Source of the DNA: Acaryochloris thomasi RCC1774
Lineage (GTDB): Bacteria; Cyanobacteriota; Cyanobacteriia; Thermosynechococcales; Thermosynechococcaceae
Reading direction: 5' to 3'
NCBI RefSeq assembly: GCF_003231495.1
Contig: NZ_PQWO01000002.1
Location: 240,001 to 272,000, forward strand
DNA length: 32,000 nucleotides
Each line of letters starts with the position of its first letter. Positions within the stretch are counted from its first letter, which is position 1. A model generated the notes under the pieces. The model worked only from the letters and a program-made list of their open reading frames with translations. It searched no databases and was not told the DNA's origin. Positions 17,437 to 25,011 of this stretch are shown piece by piece. Position numbers and translations under genes: made by a program.

Positions 17437-17793
17437 ATGTCTCTAACTGTTTACGGCATTCCTACCTGTGGCACCTGCAAAAAGGCGATCCAGTGGCTAG
17501 AGGCTCATAACGTGGCCTACGAGTTTATTAATACTAAGGATCACCCGCCGTCAAAGCAGCAGATTCAGGACTGGGTGAGCGCACTGGGTTCCAAGCCCAT
17601 GCGGAATACTTCTGGCAAGTCCTATCGAGAGATCGGAGAAGAGAAAAAAGACTGGACTGATGCCCAGTGGGTGGATGCCTTTGCCCAAGATGCGATGCTG
17701 CTCAAGCGTCCGCTGTTTGTTAAAGATGGCACCGCTGTCCTCGTTGGTTTCCGGGCTTCAGAAGATATGATTCAGCAAGCGTTAGGATTATAG
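17437..17793 (+). CDS. ArsC/Spx/YffB-family thiol reductase-like protein
   Basis: N-terminal YGIPTCGTCKKA redox motif and ...LLKRPLF... typical of the family. I prefer ATG at 17437 over the track's TTG at 17422. Confidence 0.8.
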   Translation: MSLTVYGIPTCGTCKKAIQWLEAHNVAYEFINTKDHPPSKQQIQDWVSALGSKPMRNTSGKSYREIGEEKKDWTDAQWVDAFAQDAMLLKRPLFVKDGTAVLVGFRASEDMIQQALGL

Positions 17794-17812
17794 GCGACTG
17801 TTCATTTGATGT

Positions 17813-17846
17813 GGACACAGCGAATAGGGAAACTCCTGCTGTGTCC
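17813..17846 (+). terminator. 9-bp-stem hairpin between the ArsC-like gene and Anbu (terminator or 5'-UTR element)
   Basis: GGACACAGC (17813..17821), a 16-nt loop, GCTGTGTCC (17838..17846). There is no clear U-tract, so the function is uncertain. Confidence 0.3.
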
Positions 17847-17890
17847 TGTTCATCGCATGGAGTCTGCACACCTTCTTTGGAGTTTCCTGT

Positions 17891-18679
17891 ATGACCTATT
17901 GCCTCGGAATCAAGACCCATTTTGGCTTGGTGATGGCTGCTGACTCATTAACCAATGCCGGAGTGGATTACGTTTCAAAGGTACAAAAGCTGTTTGACTT
18001 TTCTCGACCTGGAGAGCGGGTCATTTTGATTAGCAACGCTGGTAATCTGTCCATGACCCAGAACGTTTTAACGCTGGTGCGGCGGGATATCAAGAATCAG
18101 GCAGAAAATGACATCTACGATCTGCCGACGATGTTTGAAGTGGCTCAGTACCTGGGCAAGAGAGTCCGTGACGTCGCCGATCAGAATCGAAACTGGATGC
18201 AGCAGGACAAGATTGACTTCTCCTGTAGCTTTTTGTTGGGGGGACAAATCAAGGGAGAAGCGCCAGAGCTATACATGATTTACAGTCAAGGGAACTTCTT
18301 GCGGGCGACCAAGGAGACACCCTATTTGCAAATTGGCGAAATTAAATACGGCAAGCCGATTCTAGATCGCACCATTAGCTATGAGACTCAGTTGGACGAT
18401 GCTGCTAAGTGCGCCCTTCTCTCGCTAGATTCCACTATGAAATCGAATATTTCTGTTGGCCCCCCCATTAATATGGTGATGTACGAGACCGATAGCCTTG
18501 AGATTGTCCATCAGGTCAAATTCTTTGACGCTGATCCCTATTTAAATAAGATTCGCCAATCTTGGGAGCAATCCGTCAAGCAGGCTTTTCAGCAGTTGCC
18601 GAGTCCAGATTGGCAACGGGTCGATACCCGCGAGCAAGAAGATAACTGGCTATCTCCCAGCAATATTATTCCTGATTAG
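17891..18679 (+). CDS. Anbu: proteasome-beta-like Ntn-hydrolase ('ancestral beta subunit' peptidase)
   Basis: It starts MTYCLGIK..., so removal of the initiator Met exposes Thr1 with no propeptide. Asp sits at mature position 17 (AADS) and Lys at about 32. Size is ~260 aa. GGAG lies 10 nt upstream of the ATG. The genomic context includes ATP-grasp, alpha-E and transglutaminase genes. Confidence 0.85.
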   Translation: MTYCLGIKTHFGLVMAADSLTNAGVDYVSKVQKLFDFSRPGERVILISNAGNLSMTQNVLTLVRRDIKNQAENDIYDLPTMFEVAQYLGKRVRDVADQNRNWMQQDKIDFSCSFLLGGQIKGEAPELYMIYSQGNFLRATKETPYLQIGEIKYGKPILDRTISYETQLDDAAKCALLSLDSTMKSNISVGPPINMVMYETDSLEIVHQVKFFDADPYLNKIRQSWEQSVKQAFQQLPSPDWQRVDTREQEDNWLSPSNIIPD

Positions 18680-18720
18680 ATGCCCCTGAGCACCGCAGTA
18701 TCTGCAGAGAGGAATGAGGA

Positions 18721-19440
18721 ATGCCAACAGGAATAGTCGCTTTCTTGCTTGTCTTCCTTCTAGTAGCTGGGATCTGTTACTTCACACTGTTTTACCCCCA
18801 AGCGAAAGTGAAGAGGATCAAGAAGAATCTGGTTCTCAGGGTTAAGGGAGCAGATGCTCGCTACTCTGATCTCCCTCTGGGAGATTTAGGTCTGTTTTAT
18901 GAAGTCAAAGATAGGAGTAGGGTTCGTGTCGTACTGCCAAGGCTAACTCCAGACGGAGATGTTCAATATATTTACTCTTGGCACAACCTCAAATCGATAA
19001 GTATTCCGACTCTAAGCAATACAAAAGCTCAGACAGCAGGAAACTTTGGGGCATTGCTGGGCCTCGCGCACATGATTGATGAGCATATAAGATTTGTTGA
19101 GCCAGAGATTTTAAGCCTTAGAAGCCAGTGGCAAGAGATCAATGAATTGCTCGGCTTGGTCACTACATCAGATCTTTATGCTAGCCAACAGGGAATTTAT
19201 GAGCGTGCGCTTGTACAAGTTGAGAATTTACTCGATAAAGCAGAAGAACTAGAGCAAGTCTATATCCGCTTCATTCGAGAAGCTTTGATTAGCAGAAAGC
19301 TGGGCAACTACGATCCAGGCTCACTTCCAAGCAATAGCCTAATGATAGATACGAAGTATCAAAAAATTAAGGAGGAATATCAATATATGAAGGATATGGC
19401 AACCGCCTATGCTGAACTACGAGACATGCATCGTCTCTAG
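18721..19440 (+). CDS. Hypothetical membrane-anchored protein with a C-terminal coiled-coil region (no family recognised)
   Basis: 239 aa. N-terminal TM helix IVAFLLVFLLVAGICYFTLF, a beta-rich middle, and a helical Q/E/K-rich end. A strong GAGGAATGAGGA purine tract lies just before the ATG, 41 nt after the Anbu stop. Confidence 0.65.
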   Translation: MPTGIVAFLLVFLLVAGICYFTLFYPQAKVKRIKKNLVLRVKGADARYSDLPLGDLGLFYEVKDRSRVRVVLPRLTPDGDVQYIYSWHNLKSISIPTLSNTKAQTAGNFGALLGLAHMIDEHIRFVEPEILSLRSQWQEINELLGLVTTSDLYASQQGIYERALVQVENLLDKAEELEQVYIRFIREALISRKLGNYDPGSLPSNSLMIDTKYQKIKEEYQYMKDMATAYAELRDMHRL

Positions 19441-20276
19441 ACTATGAGCTTAATGGATACTTCTGTTGTGAGTGTGGTGGCGCAACCAGAACGATGGGTA
19501 CCTGACACTGGCACGGTACTGCGAGGCTGATAGCTGGTTACTAAAGCAACATGGCGATCGCAAGTCACAAGTCCCAACGTCGGGTCATACCCTCGCCAAC
19601 CGGCACCGGGTAAATAAACCTCAGCCCAAGCATGGAGCGTTTGCTCGCAGGCCGGATCTCCCTGCTCATAGCCGCTGACAAAACGGGCGGCTAAACCCGC
19701 GGCTCGACACGCGGCCATAAATAGGACCACAAAATCACGACAGGATCCCGTTTTTCGACCCCAGGTGATCTCAGGAGGCCAGGGTGGACCTGTGGGACGT
19801 TCTTGATAGTCACACTGATCATAGATGCGCTGATTTAAGGTCGAGAGAAACTCTACTGTATTCCAGTCAACGGCCACTGCGATCTCGTGGGCCAGTTGAG
19901 TGGCAGCCGGAGCGCTGGTGTGGTCTAGATAAGGTGCAAGTGCGGTTCTGATGGAGCTGGGGTAGTCGATGGGGCCTTCGGTGGCCCAGGGCTCCAACAG
20001 ATAATTGAAGGGGTTGGTGATGTGAGTCGTAACGGTTGAGATGGCTGTAATGCTCAGGGTTGCCGTCGATTGAGGGGACCACCAACACTTTGCGATCGCA
20101 TCTCCCTCGGCATCCAATAACTGCGTTATCTCCAGCGGATTGGGTTCCACCTGTAGCTGATATGAATCTAGGCTTTGAAAGCCATCTGACCGAGGACGCA
20201 GGCGCAAAACATGAGGTTCTAAGATTGCCGGTTGCGCGTAGGTGTACCGAGTGACGTGACTAATTTGATACCGCAC
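19437..20276 (-). CDS. Transglutaminase-like cysteine protease-fold protein (Bact_transglu_N + transglutaminase core)
   Basis: N-terminus: MRYQISHVTRYTYAQPAILEPHVLRLRP. Catalytic Cys: GSCRDFVVLF. His: HAWAEVYLPGAGW. Asp: GYDPT. GTG start 2 nt after the alpha-E stop. Confidence 0.88.
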   Translation of the reverse strand: MRYQISHVTRYTYAQPAILEPHVLRLRPRSDGFQSLDSYQLQVEPNPLEITQLLDAEGDAIAKCWWSPQSTATLSITAISTVTTHITNPFNYLLEPWATEGPIDYPSSIRTALAPYLDHTSAPAATQLAHEIAVAVDWNTVEFLSTLNQRIYDQCDYQERPTGPPWPPEITWGRKTGSCRDFVVLFMAACRAAGLAARFVSGYEQGDPACEQTLHAWAEVYLPGAGWRGYDPTLGLVTCDRHVALVTSYQPRSTVPVSGTHRSGCATTLTTEVSIKLIV

Positions 20277-20278
20277 GC

Positions 20279-21319
20279 CTAATAACTCTGTGGGGTAGCG
20301 AAGGTTTGGCTTTGGTTCTGGCCCTGGCCTTGGCTCTGGCTTTGACTCTGAGGCGCAGCCGTGGTCTCTAGCGGCGGCAGGGCAAAAAATGTTTCATAGA
20401 TGCCATTATTGACCTCGTTCATGGACTGCTGCAGTTGATCCAAAAACTCATGGATACCCCGATCGATAATCTCATCGATCATCAAGTATTCCATTTCAGA
20501 ACGGAGGCGACCCAGCGAGCGCTCAATGGGGATATGCCAAGACCCTAGGGGCGTACCGGTGATCCGATGGAGAGACTGCTCGGCCTGCCAGAGGCAAAAC
20601 TGAACCGACCGTGGAAATTCTGGATCGAGGATCAGAAAACCTGAAACCCCCGCCGGAGTGATGCGATGTTGCTGGCTGCTCTGACGGTACATTTCATAGG
20701 CACTGGCCGATTTTAAGAGGGCCATCCATCCGAGTTCGTCGAGGAGTGTCCCGACATCGGTGGCAGAAGGAAGCAACACATAGTATTTGACATCTAGAAT
20801 GCGGGAGGTTTTATCGGCCCGCTCTAAAAAGCGACCCATGCGGCCAAAATGCCAAGCTTCGTTGCGGCTGAGAGTGGCATCCGTGGTGCCGACAAAGGAA
20901 TGACTGGCCTGTTTGACCTGCTCTAAAAAATCACTGAGATCGGATATCGATAAATCCTTAGACGCTTTTGACACCATTTGGTGAGCGGCATTCACCTCAC
21001 TCCACATTTCGGACGAAATAATTTCGCGTACGGAACGGGCATTCTCTCGGGCCATCTGCCAGCAGGAGAAAATCGAGTTGGGATATTGCTGATCAAAGGT
21101 GAGAAACTGAATGACGTTCTCTGCGGTCGCTTCGCCGTAATGCTGTTCAAAGAAAGCGCGATCGCCTGTTGTGGTTACTAATGGCTGCCACTGCTGCTCA
21201 ATTCCGGTGGGAATATCCAGCATCAGATTGATGTTGACTTCTAGAAATCGAGCGACGTTTTCAGCGCGCTCAATATAGCGATTGAGCCAGTAAATTGAAT
21301 TGGCAACGCGACTAAGCAT
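20279..21319 (-). CDS. Alpha-E domain protein (DUF403 type)
   Basis: Begins MLSRVANSIYWLNRYIERAENVARFLEVN, the canonical alpha-E opening. All-helical, 346 aa. The C-terminal tail is PQSQSQSQGQGQNQSQTFATPQSY. Confidence 0.88.
   Translation of the reverse strand: MLSRVANSIYWLNRYIERAENVARFLEVNINLMLDIPTGIEQQWQPLVTTTGDRAFFEQHYGEATAENVIQFLTFDQQYPNSIFSCWQMARENARSVREIISSEMWSEVNAAHQMVSKASKDLSISDLSDFLEQVKQASHSFVGTTDATLSRNEAWHFGRMGRFLERADKTSRILDVKYYVLLPSATDVGTLLDELGWMALLKSASAYEMYRQSSQQHRITPAGVSGFLILDPEFPRSVQFCLWQAEQSLHRITGTPLGSWHIPIERSLGRLRSEMEYLMIDEIIDRGIHEFLDQLQQSMNEVNNGIYETFFALPPLETTAAPQSQSQSQGQGQNQSQTFATPQSY
20306..20350 (-). repeat. Hexanucleotide (CAR-NNC)n coding repeat giving (Gln-X) x 7.5
   Basis: Minus strand: CAG AGT CAA AGC CAG AGC CAA GGC CAG GGC CAG AAC CAA AGC CAA = QSQSQSQGQGQNQSQ. 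Confidence 0.8.
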
Positions 21320-21467
21320 TTTGGATCGAACTCTCTTATGGGCGTAAATTAGGCATCTTGCACTAGTCCCTCGGCCTGTGAGAATCGGGGGGCTGGCTTC
21401 GACGTGAGCGGAGTCGAATGGGGGGCCAAGTGCAGAAACTTTCGCCCATCCATGCAGGAATAGTTCT

Positions 21468-22901
21468 TTACTCGCACAGAACCCAGGTATCTTTGCTACC
21501 GCCCCCTTGAGAGGAGTTTACGACTAGAGACCCTTTTTTCAATGCCACCCGCGTCAGTCCCCCTGGATGAACGTAAATATCTTGGCCGTAGAGAATGTAG
21601 GGGCGCAAATCGACGTGACAGCCGACGAACTCCTGTTCCAGAATGGTGGGGACGCGAGAGAGACAGAGAGTGGGCTGGGCGATATACTTTCGCGGATTGG
21701 CTTTAATCTTTTGGGCAAATTCTTCCCGTTCAGCTTGGGTTGACTGGGTACCCACCAGCATTCCGTAGCCACCGGATTCATCGGCAGATTTGACCACGAG
21801 CTGATCGAGGTTTCCTAAAACATGGTCTAACTGTTTAGGTTCCCAGCAGAGATAGGTGGGGACGTTGGCTAAAATCGGGTCTTCACCCAGGTAATAGCGA
21901 ATCATGTTAGGGACGAAAGCGTAGATCACCTTGTCGTCAGCGATGCCGGTGCCGAGAGCATTTGCGATCGCAACTCTCCCTTCTCGATACACCTGCATTA
22001 ACCCCGGCACCCCCAGCAGCGAATCTGCCTGAAACTCTAGGGGGTCAATAAAGGTGTCGTCAATGCGGCGATAAATCACGTCAACCCGCTGCAGTCCTTG
22101 GGTGGTCCGCATTTGCAGGTGTCCATCTGCCACTACTAGATCGCGACCCTCTACCAGCTCCACGCCCATCTGTTGCGCCAGATAGGAATGCTCAAAATAG
22201 GCCGAGTTATAGATCCCCGGCGTCAGGACCACCACGGTTGGGTGAGCAATATTTTCGGGGACCAGATGCAGCAGCGTATTGAGTAGTTGGCTGGGGTATC
22301 CATCCACTGGCTGAATCGGGATCTCTTCAAATACCTGCGGGAAGGTGCTTTTCATCACCCGTCGGTTTTCCAGCACGTAGGAAACCCCTGAAGGGCAGCG
22401 CAAATTATCTTCAAGAACATACCACTGGCCGTTGCGATCTCGGACTAGATCAGACCCCGTGATGTGGCACCAAACGCCCTCAGGTGGATTCAAGCCCATG
22501 CAGGGCTTCTGAAACCCCGTTGCCGAGAGAATCAGCTCCGCCGGAATCTTGCCATCTTTGATGATTTTTTGATCGTGATAGATGTCGTCAATAAAGAGGT
22601 TTAGGGCATGAATCCGCTGCTTTAGCCCTGTTTCTAAATGACGCCACTCCTGAGCCGAGATGATGCGGGGGATGACGTCGAAGGGAAAGATGCGATCGCT
22701 TCCTTGATTGTCGCCGTAGACTCCAAACGTCGCCCCGAGTTTGAAGAGTGCCTGCTGAGCCGCCTGCTGTCGCTGTAGCAGCTCCCCTGGGCCAAGCTGA
22801 TGGATACGGTCTACGAGAGCAGCTCCTGCCGGTCTTGGCTGATCGGCTGATTGAAACAGTTCATCGTAGAAGTTATCTAATTCATAATTGTCAAATCGCA
22901 A
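21468..22901 (-). CDS. Circularly permuted type-2 ATP-grasp protein (DUF404/DUF407 type amidoligase)
   Basis: 477 aa. FPFDVIPRII, GSDLVRD..G.WYVLEDNLRCPSGVSYVLENR, and the C-terminal LTRVALKKGSLVVNSSQGGGSKDTWVL signature I associate with this family. Confidence 0.9.
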   Translation of the reverse strand: MRFDNYELDNFYDELFQSADQPRPAGAALVDRIHQLGPGELLQRQQAAQQALFKLGATFGVYGDNQGSDRIFPFDVIPRIISAQEWRHLETGLKQRIHALNLFIDDIYHDQKIIKDGKIPAELILSATGFQKPCMGLNPPEGVWCHITGSDLVRDRNGQWYVLEDNLRCPSGVSYVLENRRVMKSTFPQVFEEIPIQPVDGYPSQLLNTLLHLVPENIAHPTVVVLTPGIYNSAYFEHSYLAQQMGVELVEGRDLVVADGHLQMRTTQGLQRVDVIYRRIDDTFIDPLEFQADSLLGVPGLMQVYREGRVAIANALGTGIADDKVIYAFVPNMIRYYLGEDPILANVPTYLCWEPKQLDHVLGNLDQLVVKSADESGGYGMLVGTQSTQAEREEFAQKIKANPRKYIAQPTLCLSRVPTILEQEFVGCHVDLRPYILYGQDIYVHPGGLTRVALKKGSLVVNSSQGGGSKDTWVLCE

Positions 22902-23034
22902 AACTCACGCTCTTCATTGATATGCAGCACTTTGCCTAGATCTATTACAGAGGCCACTGTCCACCCTATCTGTATTGATAGATACGGATGTTAGACAACT
23001 CATGTGCCAGAACGAGAGACCGAATTGTGATCGG

Positions 23035-23751
23035 TCAGCTCAAGTCTTCTTCTGAGATCCCTTCAGATCGTAACCGTGCTAATAGCTTTTCTACATGCTG
23101 TTGAGCGTCATCAGCACGCTGCCGCTCTGCTTCAGCTCTTTCATCATCTGACAGATAACGGTCACCTTGACTGTCATACCAAGCCAAAAGTTCTTGCTTG
23201 ATGCCACCCATCACCTGCTCCGATCTGCCGATGCCTAGGCCCACTTCCGGCATCCAGTAGGGTTCGCCAATTTGAAGTTTGTAGCTGCCGTTCACCAGCT
23301 TGTAGACTTCGAAAGGCTGATGCCGATCCCGCTGCCAAAATTCAGGGTTATAGATGATGTAATACAGCACGCCCAGATTGGCATAGAGAGACTGTTTTGC
23401 CTCGTATTCGCCACCGGGTTGGTGAGACACCATTTCTAACGCCAAAATGGGGACTGTGCCCTCCTCTTCCCAGACGGCATAGCTTTTGCGAGATTTACCT
23501 CCCTTCTTTCGCTCAACACCTAAACTCAAAAAGGCGTCGGGTACCACAGGAACTCTGGGATTAATGCCAGTGGTGTGATAAATCGCCATATCTACGCCGA
23601 AGTACCAGTCCATGCGCTCGGACCAAATACTGCACAGCAGAAAAAGCAGCAGGTTCGGCAGTAAATTCTGATCTTCGTTGTCCACTGGGGTGTCGTCAGA
23701 GCAGGGTAGTTCGTCGGTGCTGGGCAATTGATTTAGGTCAATCTGAAGCAT
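23035..23751 (-). CDS. Uma2-family (DUF820) putative endonuclease
   Basis: PD-(D/E)xK-like core: VVPDAFLSLG...ILALEMVS...K...Y. The C-terminus has the coiled coil common in cyanobacterial copies. I prefer ATG at 23751 (MLQIDLNQLP...). The track start (23826) would overlap uppP. Confidence 0.8.
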   Translation of the reverse strand: MLQIDLNQLPSTDELPCSDDTPVDNEDQNLLPNLLLFLLCSIWSERMDWYFGVDMAIYHTTGINPRVPVVPDAFLSLGVERKKGGKSRKSYAVWEEEGTVPILALEMVSHQPGGEYEAKQSLYANLGVLYYIIYNPEFWQRDRHQPFEVYKLVNGSYKLQIGEPYWMPEVGLGIGRSEQVMGGIKQELLAWYDSQGDRYLSDDERAEAERQRADDAQQHVEKLLARLRSEGISEEDLS

Positions 23752-23794
23752 GGAACCAACCTCAAATGTCTTGACTGTATTGTAAGCGATTGAT

Positions 23795-24721
23795 TTATCG
23801 CGGTAGCCAGCCGGTTGCGATCGCACCTAAAATTGCAGCCCCAAACGCCAGCCGATACCAAACAAACACCCAGGTGCTCTGCTGCCGCAGAAACTTGAGC
23901 AGCCAGGCAATAGCCAGATAAGAAAAAATAAACGCTGAGAGAATACCAAACAACAGGGGAATGGCTGCGTCGAGATTCCCTATGACTTTACGAGATTGGA
24001 ACAGCGTTGCCAGCCCTAGAGTTGGCAACCCCAACAAAAAAGAAAAGCGAGCGGCTGTGTCTCTTTTCAGGCCCAGCAGCAACCCTGTGGTCAGCGTGGA
24101 GCCAGAGCGAGAAGCGCCAGGGATGAGGGCCAGCATCTGACCCAAGCCCACGAGTAGACCATCCTTAATCTCTAACTTGTTAAAGTCCCGTAGGCGACGA
24201 CCGGCTTTTTCGGCGATGCCCAGCAAGATCGACATTAGGATAGATGCGATCGCAATGACAAAAGCGCTTTCAGGAATCGAATCCCGGAAAATATATCCAA
24301 TCGTCAGAGCGGGCAGCGTCCCTATTGCGATTCCCAGCAGGATTTTCCATTCCTCACGCTGCCAATCTTTTTGCTGGTAGGCGGCCCAAGACCCAGAAAT
24401 AATTTGCTTCAAATCTGCGCGGAAATAGAGCAGCACTGCAATGACGCTGCCAAACTGAATCGCATCAACAAAATACTTCTCACCTAAGTCTTCCCAACCT
24501 AGCACCTGCGTCACAATTAGAAGGTGGGCCGTACTGCTGATGGGTAAAAATTCCGTAATCCCCTGGACAAGGCCCAATAGGATTGCCTCTAGTGAAGCTT
24601 GAACAACGCCTCTGGAGGCATCCGTAGCTGCCGTGTCTACGGCTAGAGAGAGGGGTGCTTTGGCTAAATTCCAAGTACTACTGATTATTGCGTTTGACAG
24701 GTTTAGCCCTAACCCAATCAT
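23795..24721 (-). CDS. uppP: Undecaprenyl-diphosphate phosphatase
   Basis: GITEFLPISSTAHL and IPGASRSGSTL motifs in a polytopic membrane protein. The N-terminal ~40 aa are extra, so the true start is uncertain. Confidence 0.88.
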   Translation of the reverse strand: MIGLGLNLSNAIISSTWNLAKAPLSLAVDTAATDASRGVVQASLEAILLGLVQGITEFLPISSTAHLLIVTQVLGWEDLGEKYFVDAIQFGSVIAVLLYFRADLKQIISGSWAAYQQKDWQREEWKILLGIAIGTLPALTIGYIFRDSIPESAFVIAIASILMSILLGIAEKAGRRLRDFNKLEIKDGLLVGLGQMLALIPGASRSGSTLTTGLLLGLKRDTAARFSFLLGLPTLGLATLFQSRKVIGNLDAAIPLLFGILSAFIFSYLAIAWLLKFLRQQSTWVFVWYRLAFGAAILGAIATGWLPR

Positions 24722-25011
24722 GAATATGTCCTATTGTTCTTTGTTGTGAGTTGTCTGTGGTCATTTAAGCATCTAGAGCTGCATCTGTCTCAGGGATAAA
24801 AAAGGCTCCTTTTTCTGCTTTATTCCGTTGTTGTATCGAGGTATCGCAACACTCGGCTGAGCTTGGACAGCCTTTCTCTAGCAGACTATAGTTCGCAGCT
24901 ATTTTAGACTCCTCGTCAATGCGTGTATCGCTAGAAGGACGGGTTTGTTAAAAATAAACGGGTGCTGCATGGCAATTCCATTGATGTATAAATGACCCGT
25001 TATCGTTAAAG

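Noticed and set aside
23035-23751. Uma2-family endonuclease as a possible restriction or defence gene
   Set aside because: From memory, this family occurs in many copies per cyanobacterial genome. There is no adjacent methyltransferase, toxin-antitoxin or other defence partner here, and the flanks are housekeeping genes (uppP, the ATP-grasp operon).
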